Source of the DNA: Podarcis liolepis
Taxonomy: Eukaryota
DNA: 64,000 nucleotides
Strand: one strand, 5' to 3'
Assembly: GCA_965112155.1 (NCBI GenBank)
Contig: OZ218103.1
The notes beneath the pieces are model-generated. The model did not search any database, was not told the origin of the DNA, and saw nothing but the letters and a program-made list of their open reading frames with translations. The position numbers and the translations under genes are program-made. Position 1 is the first letter of the stretch; each line of letters starts with the position of its first letter. Shown here piece by piece: positions 10,764-24,177 of the stretch.

Positions 10764-12595
10764 CTGGGAATATGGCTGAAGGGTTTTTTTATATAAAAAA
10801 AATCCCTCATAAATGGAAATCATTAGTGCCCCACGAACAGTCCTCACTTCAAGATTGCCTGGCACTTCCCATAAGTCTCATATCTGGCCCAGAAGTTCTA
10901 ATGCTTTCTTTCTGCCAACACTACTGCTGCTGCTACTAACCACCCCACTGTGGACAAAGGCTGTGAGTGAGCAAGTAACCCTATGAATCAGCCAGGTTCC
11001 TTCCTGTCCTTGCTTTTGCGAAATGGAATCGTAGCCATAAGGTGACTAGTTTAAATTCTGTACACACTGGGAAATCAATGCAGAAGGTAATCCAATGAGC
11101 CTTTCCTTGTCTGGCAATCAACCCAGAAGTTCAAAACTGGCCAGGCCAGCCACAAACCAGTAATCCTAGTGCCTTCCAGGTGGTGTTGCCCTACTACCAT
11201 CAGCCTCAGCCAGCATAGTAATCAGAAGTGTATTGCAGGGTGCTGTAGAATTTGCATTAGTAGGACTATTTTCTTTCACACTAAAAACCAAAGGAGAGAA
11301 TGATGAGGGCTAGAAACATTTGGTTTTTTAAGACCGCTGAGATTCTCAGGTTGCCAAACTTCTGCAACAGACTTTATTTTCCTCCCCCAATAATGGTCAC
11401 AGGTTCTCTAAATGAAACCCAGGAGGAATTGCATATTTTGAAAGAAGTTTAGATGCTGTGCTTAACATTATTCATGGGTTTTTCATGGAGGAAGCAAATG
11501 TTAATTTTTGTGTTAAAGAAATGTGTAAGGTTTTTTTTTAGTTTTATTATTTTAGTAATGGTTTTCTCCTGATTTGCAAGAGAGCATCTGGAACTGTCAG
11601 CTGAGCAGTACATCACATCTTGGTGACGCTGTCACTGAGAGACATGGTGGAACAAAAACAAAAGAGGTGACAAATTGTGCCCCCCCTTCTCATAATTAGC
11701 CAAAATATCTCAGTATGAAGCAAAGCATGGCTCTTAATTAAGAGGCAGGCGGGAAGTTATTTTTCAAAAAATTGCTGTTCTCTCCCCCAACCCTCAAATA
11801 ATTATATTTGCAAGGGAGAATTATATTTCAGTTAGATGCACAGACTGAACGCCCAGTCCCCAGTGTAGCAATTAATATTTCACACCTGCTAAGCAGAGCG
11901 GTGGCAGAAGGAGAGAGGGGAATAGCATTGAAAAGGGAAGGTTGAAATGTGAGGGTCCAAGGTTTTTTAAGTGTGAAGTAGCAAAAAACTAAATGCCTTT
12001 TGTCACACAGCGAACTGTGAGGTGATACCATTGTTACTGAAGCCTGGACAGTGGGAAGAGGCTTTGTAAAAATGAATGTCTGTGAAATAACGATTTGGAA
12101 GGAAATAGCCTCTGAGCTGGAGCATCTATAAGGATCAGATGGAACATCAGCTCTGAAATGAAAGGAAAAGCTTTCTGAAGATAGGTTTTATGATCAGCAA
12201 AAAGTACTGTGTGCGGTATCCTGAAGCCCTCATAGTCACTTGCTTCATTTTACCACATTGTTTGAGTGCTTTGGGATTTAAATACCACTTTCTTCCCAGA
12301 CAACCCCCTCCATGCACATGCTTCATCACCCCATGATATAGGATGTGCTGTAAGCCTCATTAAATGGCAATTTGCACAAGCAATAGGGAAGCTTGTATTC
12401 CAAGCAGAGTGATAGAGGGGGAAGGCCCCACATGGCCCATGTTAACAGTCCCACAGACAGCCGTCAAACTCAATGTCTGCACCTCAGACATGTTACCTCG
12501 CAAGTATCTTGTGTACTTCTGGTTTATGTTTCTTGTTTCTCCCATAACCGTAGCCTTGGACTCAAACAGAAACCATACATTGCTCTCAAACATTG

Positions 12596-12643
12596 CTCTG
12601 TCTCTGTCTGTCTGTCTGTCTGTCTGTCTGCCTCTGTCTGTCT
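12596..12643. repeat. (TCTG)n microsatellite
   Basis: Read directly from the sequence. Confidence 0.9.
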
Positions 12644-13101
12644 CGTTTGCTGCTTTACCTCTAGGTCACATCACTGCCACTTTCAACTCTAAACTCAAGC
12701 TTTGTCCTAACTATCTCTGAGTTGTGGGAGGGATCTCACAATGAACCCATTTCCTTTGCTTCCCAACAGCCAGGCTATCACCTCAACAGAGGAAACTAGC
12801 CTGGCTTATCTTTTAACACTTGCTGGATCCAGGGGCTTGAAGGATCTCACCTGCAGCCTACTTCCCAACACACCACCCCAACTCATAACAATATAGACTT
12901 TTTGCAGCTTCCACTTCTAATCTGACATATGCCATTTTCTTTTGGATTCCTCTGTAGAGAAGTCTTCAAGGTTTCTCTAGACTTCGGTCCAACAAAAATG
13001 TATTGAATCTCAGTTAACAGGGGAAGAGTGAAAGCATTTATACTGTAATCTGTGTATAATCCCCAGAGCATGCAGAATCAAGATACCTAGACAAATAGAT
13101 A

Positions 13102-13111
13102 GTGTGTGTGT

Positions 13112-13151
<40 letters not shown>
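13102..13151. repeat. (GT)n microsatellite
   Basis: Read directly from the sequence. Confidence 0.95.
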
Positions 13152-13153
<2 letters not shown>

Positions 13154-13679
13154 CAACAGAAATATATTGTGGACATAATCTAAGGAACTTCTAAATTTCA
13201 CTTTGAAATATTGTAAATAAGCTAGAGACTGCCTCTAGTTACTTACTACTGTATGTAGTGAATTTATTTTACATCGATGTCAACCCACTTTTAGCAGTAA
13301 AGTTTACATAATTAGATTGTTTCGTTTTACCTTCTGGTAGCATTTGCTAATGTGAAAATCACCAGAATTATATTTAACCACTTTCCAATATATTTCCATC
13401 TTACTGATGCAGAAACTGAATTACACCTTAGTTAATGTTTATCACTGTGCTAAGCTCAAATGCATCAGAGATGTTGCACATTTCGTGGACTGGTTAAGTC
13501 AATAAGATTAAGCTAGTTTAGACACAGAAGTGGCAATGTGTTTATTTGCTATGTTTATTTTTCTGTCAAGTGCCTACATTGCATCACTCTGAAAACTTGA
13601 TGCTATCATTTTCACAGATACCACATGTCCTTAGCACTATTCAAGCATTATTGCTTCCTTGTAGAGCAAGGGTGGGAGG

Positions 13680-13794
13680 CAAGAGTGCCAACTTGGCCCC
13701 TTGAACATGCATGGCCTTGGCATCAAAATTTGTGGGCATTTGTGGCATCATGGGGAATTTTGTGGGTGCAGGCCCCAGGGAGTTGGCACCTATG
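13680..13794. mobile_element. hAT MITE (same family as 9137-9295)
   Basis: TIRs caagagtgccaact / agttggcacctatg. TSD gtgggagg / gtgggaag. Confidence 0.75.
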
Positions 13795-14154
13795 GTGGGA
13801 AGCCTCTGATCCATGGACCACATCTGGCACAGCACAGGCCCAAATTTGGTTGGTTAGACCACTTTATTCCAACATGTATTTATTTCAACAATTTGTATTC
13901 CACTTAATCACTGTCATCTCTAAATATGTGAAGTCGGTTGTAGGACAGGGAGAGATATGGCTAGATCAGCTGTGCAACCAAGTTCCCCACGGGGACAGGA
14001 TTACAAAGCCGATCCTTGCAGAAAGATTGGCCAGTTCAATACTTGGTGCTTCAATCATAGTTTTGGCAAAGCCTCTTGTGCTGTGGTTCTCAAGTGCCCA
14101 ACAACCAGCTGGCTATCAGATACTTAGGAATCACTTCACAAAAGACTTTGGCAG

Positions 14155-14460
14155 AATCAGGAAAGCAACTAGAGAGGTAGCTGGACTGCAGAATGACAAG
14201 GGAATTGAAAATGTGCTAAATAAGGATGAGGAAATGACAGAAAAACTGAATGACTTCTTTGCACCTGCTTTCACTGTGGAAGATGTAAAACAGAAGACAG
14301 AGATACCTGTGCCTGAACAGATTTTTTTCCTCAGAAGGGAGTCTGAAGCCTCTGAAGTAATAAGACAAATAGCAGTGACGAGAGATGATTATTTAACTTT
14401 ATTAACAATTTCAAAAACAACAAATCACCAGATCCAAATGGCACTGACCCAAAGTTTTTT
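14155..14460 (+). mobile_element. Internal CR1 ORF2 remnant (linker between endonuclease and RT domains)
   Basis: Peptide REVAGLQNDKG...KDEEMTEKLNDFFAPAFTVED...IPVPE matches the CR1 ORF2 pattern (EKLNxFFASVFT). A frameshifted NKSPDPNG (KSPGPDG) motif follows. Confidence 0.8.
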
Positions 14461-14722
14461 GGGGGAGGCACAAAAGAGATCCAGGATTACAAAGTGCAAA
14501 GTCCATCACGTACACTGCCCCTTCTCCTAAAATGTGCAGCTTTAAAAAGTGGGATGGGGATGGGGAATACCCCCCCCCCAAGGAACCCTTTCTTTTCTAG
14601 CAACTGACCTAAAAGTGAATCAAAAGCAACTAAACAAACTCAATGTGCATTGTTTTTCCTGATCAGTTGGTCTCCCCAGCACAGAGGGAAAAGCCAGGAT
14701 TCCTGATTGCAATAGTTCTACT

Positions 14723-14982
14723 GGAGAGCCAGTGTGGTGTAGTGGTTAAGAGCGGTAGTCACGTAATCTGGGAAACCGGGTTCGTGTCTCCGCTCCTCCA
14801 CATGCAGCTGCTGGGTGACCTTGGGCCAGTCACACTTCTGTGAAGTCTCTCAGCCCCACTCACCTCACAGAGTGTTTGATGTGGGGGAGGAAGGGAAAGG
14901 AGAATGTTAGCCGCTTTGAGACTCCTGAAGGGGAGTGAAAGGCGGGATATCAAATCCAAACTCTTCTTCTTCTTCTTCTTCT
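14723..14982 (+). mobile_element. Squam3 SINE (tRNA-derived), full length
   Basis: Head ggagagccagtgtggtgtagtggttaagag (A-box), B-box-like gggttcgtgtc, 3' end aaggcgggatatcaaatccaaac plus a (TTC)n tail. Confidence 0.85.
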
Positions 14983-17515
14983 AATAACTCATAAAGCCTC
15001 TGAGTTCAAAAAACACAGTGGGATAGATGTGTCCTGTGTGTAGCCTTATGACTTATAAAAATACAATTCCTTCACAACTCCCGTGGTTACCAAGGCAACC
15101 ATTCTCTCCCCCACTCCCCAAGATAATGTTGGGATACTGAATATTTCACATCTCTAAATAATAAAAACCCTATGAGAGAGAATCTCCTCACTCTTTTCAC
15201 TGGTCTCTCCAGCAACAAAGTCTGCCAGAAGGAAGGGTTACTAGTTGCCTAGCACAAGGAAATTCTCTTCCAACAAAAACATCTGGATGGCATGCATCAC
15301 AAAAGAGCTAGAATGTCCATGGAGACCCATCTCATGTTGGGGAATCTCCCCATTCCTGGAGGCTCTCCACCATTTTTATTGCACTGAAATCTGCTCATTT
15401 CTTTTTCCTTGCTGAAGCTAAAAATGTTCAGAGATGTGTGTATTAAACCACCCTCAGGATATATTTTCTTCATTCATCATAGCAGCATAGAACTGTGAAA
15501 AATCTCGTTTCTTATGCATTTTTAATGTTCCCCGTTTTACAGAGTTCCATTATAGAGTTCCTACACCAAATTTCAGTCTGTCTTGTGCCACAGAGCAAGA
15601 CAGGGGAGGAACAAGATATCTTACTGAATTAGTGTTTAGTTCTCTGATCATTATATCTGTAAAATGGGTTGTTAAAGTATGGGAAAGTTGGTCTCAAGCT
15701 GTGGTAGGGTGTGTGTGGAGAATAAGCAGATCCTGATTTCTATGTTTGTCTGTGTAAACATAACCTCATTCAACCTAAGATACTTCCCAAACAGCACATT
15801 TGTGGCTTCAAACATTTCTGAAGTCTTCTGATAGTCTTCTGATTAGCAGATTTTTTTTTTTTAACAGAAATGTTCAATTTCTTGGGTAAGGGTTCTTCAC
15901 AGGAAGTGAGCCTTCCCTAGCTGCTAACTGGATGTGAGGTGTGTTTTTTTTCTTTATTGTTGATGATGCTAAAAAACATTTCCCCAAAAATCCAAACCTT
16001 TGCCTGGGCAATAAAAATCTGCCACAATACCTTCCAAGAGAAGGAGTAGGAATATTCAACTAACATTGCATGCTGAGCACCACTGATGCTGCTAATAGCT
16101 TGATTAGCATCCCCATAACACACTTCAGCCATCATTTTGGAATACAGCCATAGTATTTAAAGAATTATAAAATATGAAAGATAAAATGTAAAAAGTGTTT
16201 ATTTTTGCTATTATTGCAGTGCATGTTTCTGGAGGACTCAGATCAGCATCAGTGGTTGTGAATGTGGAAAGTGCAGTTGGTAATTATTTTGGATGAATTA
16301 ATCCAAACTTGTGGTCTAGTGCATCCCCTCTTGCATTGGGAAATGAATAGTTTCCTTATTCTCAGGCATTGCTGATCCCAGGGGCATTTCTGCATTTTTG
16401 AGACACACTTTAGGTCAGAGATGGGGAATCTGTGATGCTCCAGATGTTGCTGTGCTATGGTTCCTATCACCCTGTTTGTTAACCATTCTGCCTGGAGCTT
16501 TTGGGAGACACATGTGAGCTGGTTTTCTGTGGGTTCATCTCATAATGTTACCATAATGTTTAAAGGCCTATGCAATCAACCAAGTCATTATTGCCTGATT
16601 GTTGCCCCCATGCCACCCACAAGCTGGACAGTTATTCTGTGGGAGGAATTGGAGCAACTAGTTGCACCCTTGTGGTAGTGAGGCTTTAAAAGTTACCCAA
16701 ACTATCCTTTGATTAAAAAATAATAATCAGGAAGTGGCTGGGCTCTTGACAAAGCAGGAGTCCATCATCTCTACATGTGATTATAAGGAAAGCATCATGC
16801 AAGAAAACAGTGCCTCCCTATAAAATTGTGACAAAATGAGCTTTTGTGCTGCGCTTCATGTGAGAAGGTAATACTTTTTCCTGCATGAAGATTATTTTAG
16901 TATAGGGGAAATGTCACATATGAAAAGGCTCTGAAAAACAAACAAGCTTTCTGATTGTCATCTGGTTCTAAATAAGACCTAAAAGAATCAAGCAACTCTA
17001 TCAATGCAGATTTAGGTTTTAATTATCCTTGAAAGCAGGTGAGACTAAGAAGACTCATGTGGCATAAATATGCTCCAGGCTCATGATCAAATAACAGAAG
17101 GGATTATAGCAGATGCACACACTTCTGCAGAACTGCACGTTTCTAATGTTCATTACCAGTGAGGGATAAAACCCTAAAGATTTGCAACAGGAAGAGTATT
17201 TGGCTAATATCTGGGGCATTCGGCTCTCTCTAGGTATTTGTGTAGTTCTCATTGCTGCAGTGCTGCAACATCTGAACATCACATTATGCTTAACTTACTT
17301 TACTCACATAACCTCAATGTTGTGGTGGTGCCTAGTTTGCTTTTTACAAATGGAGGAAGAGGGAGAATGAGTGCAATCAAGAGAAATAGGGACTTTTGGT
17401 AAATATAATTGCTCTCACACCAAAGCATACATCGTTTCTCTCTGCTTGGGAAACTTCTTACACTATGACCAGTTCATTCAAGGCTATTATCAGTTTTGTC
17501 GTTGAGCTTCTAATG

Positions 17516-17639
17516 CAGGGGTGCCTAACTTGTTGCCCTCCAGATGTTGCTGGTCTACAACTTCCATTGTCCATTGACCATGTTAGCTGGGGCTGATGGA
17601 ACCAACAACATCTGAATGGCCAGATGTTCTCTTCCCCTG
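17516..17639. mobile_element. Short palindromic hAT-type MITE
   Basis: caggggtgcctaac...ccctccagatgttgctgg...caacatctg...cttcccctg. Related copies at ~16420, 36716-36830, 39590-39810 and 57997-58145. Confidence 0.65.
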
Positions 17640-18224
17640 CTCCAGAGGCTGTTGTAGTGCTCGATAGGTAGGCAAGTTCTAATTTCGCATAGTGAATTTG
17701 ATAACTGAAGATGGGAAGATCTGATAACTGCTCTGGGAAGCAGAAAGAGGGAGTCATCAAACAGCAATCATCTTGTCTCTGACCTGACAGAATTATGTCA
17801 GACTTTGCAGTCAACTGATCTCCTCAGAATCCTTATCAACTGCTTCCTTATTTTCCTCTCACACACATTCAGCGTCAGAGGTTGGCATGCTGTTTACTTT
17901 CCTAAACATATATTAACCACTTTTGAGGGTCACACTATGGAACTGAACCAGGTTTTCCCAGTTCAAGCAGAGCCTAAAAAAGGAAACCCTGCCCCCAAAA
18001 TTATCATAAAATTCTTTTCCAATGATTTTCACCTCACTAGATGTTGAATGAAACTTATTGTTGGTACACATTGTTGGATGAAGGAAACCATAGGCTAAGA
18101 GTTAAAGGTTGGAAGGAGTTGGGACCAAGTCCATTGCATCCTTTAAAAGTATTTTATCCTTTAAAAGTATTAAAATAATAATTCAATACAAAATTCAGAG
18201 AAGGCAAAATTGGGATTTATACAA

Positions 18225-18266
18225 ACATACATACATACATACATACATACATACATACATACATAC
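18225..18266. repeat. (ACAT)n microsatellite at the tail of a probable minus-strand L2 3' end (to ~18400)
   Basis: Repeat read directly. The adjacent ctcagggtggttcacaacata is typical of an L2 tail. Confidence 0.8.
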
Positions 18267-19957
18267 TGCCGTAAACCCGTAGAACTCAGGGTGGTTCACA
18301 ACATAAATTTTACAATATAAAAAATACAAAATTAATAGCAAAAACAACCACCACTACCCAATTATCCCCCCATCCACAACATATTTAAAATAAGCCATTG
18401 GTGACTTGTTTTCCTTCAACTGAGCTGGAGATTCCTGCAGCCCTGCCACTTGAGGACCAGTTGTGACAACCCCCCAGCAAAGGCACACAGTTATCTTCCA
18501 TTCTGCACGGTCCAATGAAGTATTCAGGGCTATTATTCCCTTACTCCATGGGAGAAAATCCTTTCCACTTGATCTCCAGAGGTATAATATTCAGCATGTC
18601 TGCAGCATTCACTTCGCCATAGTGCGGAAGACACTGGGTGGCTTGTTGGCTTGTTCAGTCTGCTGAACAGGTGTTGCTGGCTGTTGATGGACATATTCAA
18701 GGCTCCTGTTCTCCTTTATATTTAAACCAGACTTAGATTGAAGAGTCCACAAATGGAGGGCACTTTCAAACAGAGAACTGTCTTTTGACAGCCCTTCAAA
18801 ATAGAGGACTGTCATCTGTAAGATAGGACAGGTGGCCACCCTAGTTCTATATCATGAAGGGTGCCTGCATGGATAGAAAATGCTCCCTGATTCAGAAGTG
18901 AACCCGCAACACAGGAGGGGCTAAGAGAAGCCACATGACCACAGAGACAGGATGAAACATGCAGCACTTCAACACCTTTGTTATCAGTTTGCCCAAGTAA
19001 TGTGTGAAGAGGGTGAATATTAACAGGTTTGGGCTTAACTACATCCCACATAGGTCTGAAAGCGCAAAGGGAGAGTTGCAGTCCATAGTGGTTTCATGAG
19101 CTATGCTATTCTGCCTTGGTGCTTTCCCCAGATGACACATCTCTGACATACCAATGTCATTTGGCATCACAGCAAGGTTAGGTTGGATCAGCAAGCTGTT
19201 CCCATCACTCTTGACTTTGCCCAGAAAGATCTCATTGGCATCCCTTGTACCTGGTTCTTGACAATCTCTGTAACAGTCAGGGCTCATCAGCCGTCATTGT
19301 AATGCTAGGCTGTGCTTGCAGCAAGGTGGCTGGAGAGAGCACAACAGAATAAATAGGACCCTTTGCTCCCTGATAGGTGCCTGGAAGGCGAAGCCTTCTG
19401 GGGCTGCTTCCTACCACAGCATCGGAATTGGCACTATATAGCTTTTTGATGAGAGCCCTGATTGAATGCCCCCTCTCGTTCATATGTTTTTCCCAGATCA
19501 GGTTCAGCTGCAGAAGGACAATGAAGGGGGAATTGAAGGTTCTCTAAACAAACAAAGCCACATTTCTCCCCTGATGCAAAAGGTGATCTCAGCATTGTGT
19601 TTTGAAATGGCTTTGCTCCCAGTGAATGCCAGCTTGATGTTTTCTGACAGCTATGACAGGCCTCAAACGAGACAATTAATATTTCACAGCTGCCAGGTTT
19701 AGACGGTGACAAGAGAAAAAGGAAAGGGGGAGGGCATTGAGTAGGAGAGCTTGCTTAAAACATGCAAACAAAAACAAAGGCAAAAGTAGTGAGTACTGAA
19801 CTCATAAACAGGCAACTTGATTAATTGTTTTAAATGAATTTTTGCTAACTTTAAAGGGGGGGTACATTTGTCCTCGTGTAACATGTTGCAGCTCTCACCT
19901 CTGTACTGAGAACTAGTGTGGTGAAGAGTGTGGGTAATAAATTGAAAAATGCCCAAT

Positions 19958-20200
19958 TCCAGCATGTTGTCGTGGTTAGAGTGTTGCACTAGGACCTGGG
20001 AGGTCGAGATGCAAATCCCCACTCAGACATGAAACTCAGTGGGTGGCCTTGGGCCACTCACTGCTTTAATGATAGTCACAAAATGTCTCATGTCCAATGG
20101 ACAGAACTAAAGGTGGGGATCAACATGCATACAGCTTAGTCTGAGCTCATTTAAAAAAAAGCGTGCCATCTGATAACTCGTAAATCAGAGTAAGAATTGA
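19958..20200 (+). mobile_element. Old Squam3-like tRNA SINE
   Basis: ccagcatgttgtcgtggttagagtgttg (A-box), gatgcaaatcccc (decayed B-box), gggtggccttgggcc. Confidence 0.6.
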
Positions 20201-23145
20201 CTGAGGTATAAAATACATATTTTGAGGTAGAGAAACTCAAGTCAACATCAGGGCCCATGACATTGAAAAGAGAAAATAATTTATGTTTGTTTACAGTAAG
20301 GAAAGACTGCAGACATGACATCATGGCACCCTCCATCAAGGATGGACAGGGATGATGAATGTCAGAAGAGACAAGAGTTTCACAAAATTGAATTGGTAGA
20401 TGGAAGGGGAAAGAAGAGTGTGTGGGCTGGGGAAGTGAGGAAGGGAAGAAAAACAAGGTATAGGAGACAATCAGACAAACTCATTTTTAGTAATGCTAGT
20501 AGAATCATCAGTTTTAAAAACAAACCACATGCCATGAATTACCATTTCATCTCTGGGCTAGTTTTGTTACACATGAAAGTATAGGTTCTGGTCTTTTCAT
20601 ATTACAAATCTCTGATAACCGCTAAATAGGGAATCCCATCAAGATAGATTGAAGGAAATATCTCTGTTCATGCCTTGATTCTGTTCCTCACTACACTGGC
20701 ATGTCCTCCCCCATCCCTACTTTTTGGTTGGGAGTGAGGAGTTAAGCCAAAGGCCTTGAGGGAAGAATAGGTTTGGGAAGGTATCATTTTTGGCTAGCTG
20801 TAATCTCTGAAGTCACCCCTAATTTCTATATTGTGGAACTCCTGCAATAATTTCCTCTCCATTCTTCTGCGCAGATTTCAATATTTTTCCTCCCATTCCC
20901 CTGTGGTATTGAAACTCTTTTCCCATGGTGTCGTTTGGCATTATTCATATTTGGAATTTTCAGGAGAATAGTGAATTCCTAAAAACCTGCTGAACAACGA
21001 AAGCTTCAGGTTCACACATTGTTCCAATAAAGCATAAGATCTTAGCAGCCTTGTAAATCTCCAGGGTTTCCATTGTATTGAAATGCCAACAGACTTTGTG
21101 GGCAGATTAATCCTGATCACAGTTAACACTGGCACATACCACTCATCTACATAACTGATCAGAGATTATTATTATTTTAAAACTAAACACTGATTGTATG
21201 AATATATATACATATATATGACAGCGGGCAGTGAATTTTTAATGCTTTAGCTCTGATTTCCTAAATGTTAACCCTGCAATTTCAGTAGGTTTCGCACCCA
21301 AGAAAAGATCTTGCTGCCTTCTGTAATTTGCAAGCAATAACCTGAAAGGGCAAAAAGGTCAGAGACAACAGATTCACAAGAAGGGCATTTTTAAAGGTCA
21401 AACAGAGTCCTTGCCTTGAACATGCCGCTCTTGAATCCCAGCAATAGCAAAGGCTCCACTTTTGCCTTTCCCAAGACTGGAGTGGAACCTCCTTCTTCAG
21501 GCAAAGGCTACCATTCCCCAATAGCAGAAATTATGGGTGCCTTGTAACCAACCGTCTTCCCCCCTTTCCAGAAACACATCCAAGTTTCTTCAGCCTTTCC
21601 TGATCTTCATAGTTTTCAAAGTAATTCAACAAGGCGCCACAAAAACATTATTTAAAAAGCCTGTTCTTTCCTAAGGAATTTAGAAGAATGTAAATAATGC
21701 TTCAGCCCCGAAATGAGGAACTGGATCCAGATGGTGCACCATCACGCGAGGGATTTAATGGGCTTCACTCCTAGGTAAATGTGCAAAAGACAGCAGACAT
21801 TAATGGTAAAATTAGAGGGCCATATGACTAAGGCTGAAATCCTAATCTCATTTACCTGGGAGTAAACACCTTTGAGTTCAATAGGACTTATTCCTCAGTA
21901 GGCATGGTAAGCACTGCACTATTAGTTGAATATCAACCTTTGTTCTGTTACTTTGTTATGGCTTTTGCTTAAACAACTAAATCATTCATAGTGTGTGGCC
22001 TTACAGGGGCTGACTATGGTTGCTCAGTGGTGAGATCAGAAGATGTATTTGAGACTGTTTAGTTTAAAAGTGAACTTTATCACACTGCACAAAAATGAAC
22101 TGCTGCCAGTTCTGTTTTTACCATAGAGATCCCACTGACCAAATTTTAAAAGTTAGAGCATATATATCTGCCAGTATTTGAAAATCCAAGATAATTTTTG
22201 GCTCCTGCTGAAGCTGATTTTTCCCAATCTCTGTCACGCATATCAGTCTTCTTAGCCAGAGAGAGAGAGAGAGAGAAAGGGATACGTAAGTCTCCTAATA
22301 GTGTTTTAATTTTTGAGTTGGACTAAACTGGTTTTTGGGGGTCCTCTCCAAGCTTGTGATTTTACAGCTATATGATTGCATTCTACAGAAGAATAATTCT
22401 AAGGAGGTAACGAGGTAACCTGGATGGACAGGCTTGGCCTGGTAGATACACCTGAACTGAAATAATGGACCTTTGCCTTACAGAAGGCTTGGTGAAATAC
22501 AGGTGGTTAGTTGTCACAGAAACTAAAAGTTGGAAAACCTCCTGGAAGAGGACATACCTTCTAAATCTTCTGGCTGTAGGTAATGTCATCAAGGTGTGTC
22601 CATATGAAAGAGAACAATAGTTTGGTAGTCTTGGGAGTGGAGCTGGAAAGAGACAGATTTGCTTTATGTGCAAAACCGACAGCTATGGCTGTGCTATGCC
22701 CCTGTAGAAACCTAATGGAGAAGCAGGATCTGTTGGAATGTTAATGCTGTGAGCCTTCTGTCTTGATATATGTGTGCAGAAACCTTATAACACAGAAATG
22801 TCACCAAACTCTAGTGATTTCTGTTCCAAGGAAACCAAACCCCAAGGTACATGCAGGAACCTCTGAAACCCCTCATTGCTCAGAGGTCACAGGACATGTA
22901 ATGATAGCCATGGTCAAATGAATTATTTTCCACCTTGAAAGGGTTGAGTCCATTGTTCTGTTTACCAGCCTTTCTTTTATTTGGCATTCTTGTTATATGA
23001 TCAGCCTATTAGAAAAGGACAGAAGATAAAAGGCTGTATTCAACTAATCTTTACCCAGAATAAACCCATTGGCATCAATGGCCATTACTAACTTAGGTCC
23101 ATTGGTTTTAATGGGTTTAATATGCATAAAAATTATTGAATATAA

Positions 23146-23289
23146 CAGTGCTTTTTTCTGTCGGGAAGTAGAGGTATACATACCCCTAAACATTTTGTGA
23201 ATCTAAGTTTGGCCTCATTGAGGGGCAGTATTTCAATATGAGCAGGAAAATGAGAGTACCCCTAAACATGTTTAAGGGGGGGAGCACTG
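23146..23289. mobile_element. hAT MITE inserted in a palindromic AT-rich MITE (host ~23031-23298)
   Basis: Ends cagtgct / agcactg, with aata(t/c)aac repeated on both flanks. Host arms ggctgtattcaa ... ttgaata. Confidence 0.7.
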
Positions 23290-23364
23290 AATACAACCCA
23301 GTTTTGCAGCACACCTAACTGAAAGGGCCCTTGGGAGAAGGAGCATGCAGTCAATGCACTAGGG

Positions 23365-23964
23365 CAGAGGTTTTCAACCTTTTTGAGTCCACGGCTCCCT
23401 TGACCAACTATGGCACCCCCATGGGACTCAGGAGCCCAGTTATGTCACCCCCTGCCTGCAGAGCCGGCAGCCTCTTACCCTTTTCGAAAACCGCCCCCTT
23501 GTGGAGTGTTCCCTCAGCTTCCTCTCCTCTCTGCTCTCCTTGGGAGTCCTCCAGGCAGCTGCTGCTGCCATCCCTGGTCTCTGAGCTGCCCTCCCCCCTG
23601 CCCCAAAGTGATGTGCCCTCCCCCCTACCCCACAGGGCCCTGGGACTTGTCTGTCCATTCCCAACAGCCAGGACTGGTGGACTAGTTGGCTTGGCTGCCT
23701 TACCCCCTTGCTTGCTTACTCTGAGGCCCCCTCAGCTCCTGGCAACCAGCACCCCCTGACCAGGGGCATCGTTCGCCTGTGGAGCTTGTAGCCAGGGCCT
23801 CTGCAACAAACAGCTGTGTGCAAGCCTTTGAGAGGCAGAGATGCAAGAGGACATCAGAGGATGGAGGGAAGGAAAGAGGGACAGAGGCCAGTGTTGCCCG
23901 CGTGACCCCTGACCATCCTTCAAGGAACCCCAGGGTGCCGTGGCACGCTGGTTGAAAACCACTG
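23365..23964. mobile_element. Non-autonomous hAT element, 600 bp
   Basis: TIRs cagaggttttcaacc / ggttgaaaaccactg. TSD cactaggg / cactaggt. Confidence 0.88.
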
Positions 23965-24084
23965 CACTAGGTAGCAAAAACTGGTCCTGCAGCCAAGGGA
24001 GATGGAGGAAGCGGCTTTGATTCATAGTGCTTTGCATTCAAACTTCTTCCTCAGGCAAGAGAGAGAAAATGCTCTATTTGAATG

Positions 24085-24177
24085 CCATAATCCTATGGAT
24101 ATTCACTTGGGAATAAAATCCATTGAAAATTGTGAACATTATTTCTGAGTAAACATGCATAGTAGGATTGCACTGTA
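24085..24177. mobile_element. Ancient palindromic ~90-bp MITE-like repeat
   Basis: aatcctatg...taggattgcactgta. Related copies at ~1-80, 21830-21920, 46780-46828 and 50328-50810. Confidence 0.55.

Noticed and set aside
13625-14530. Longest ORF (301 aa) as a host gene
   Set aside because: It runs through a hAT MITE, unique DNA and a frameshifted CR1 ORF2 remnant, so it is most likely a chance open frame.
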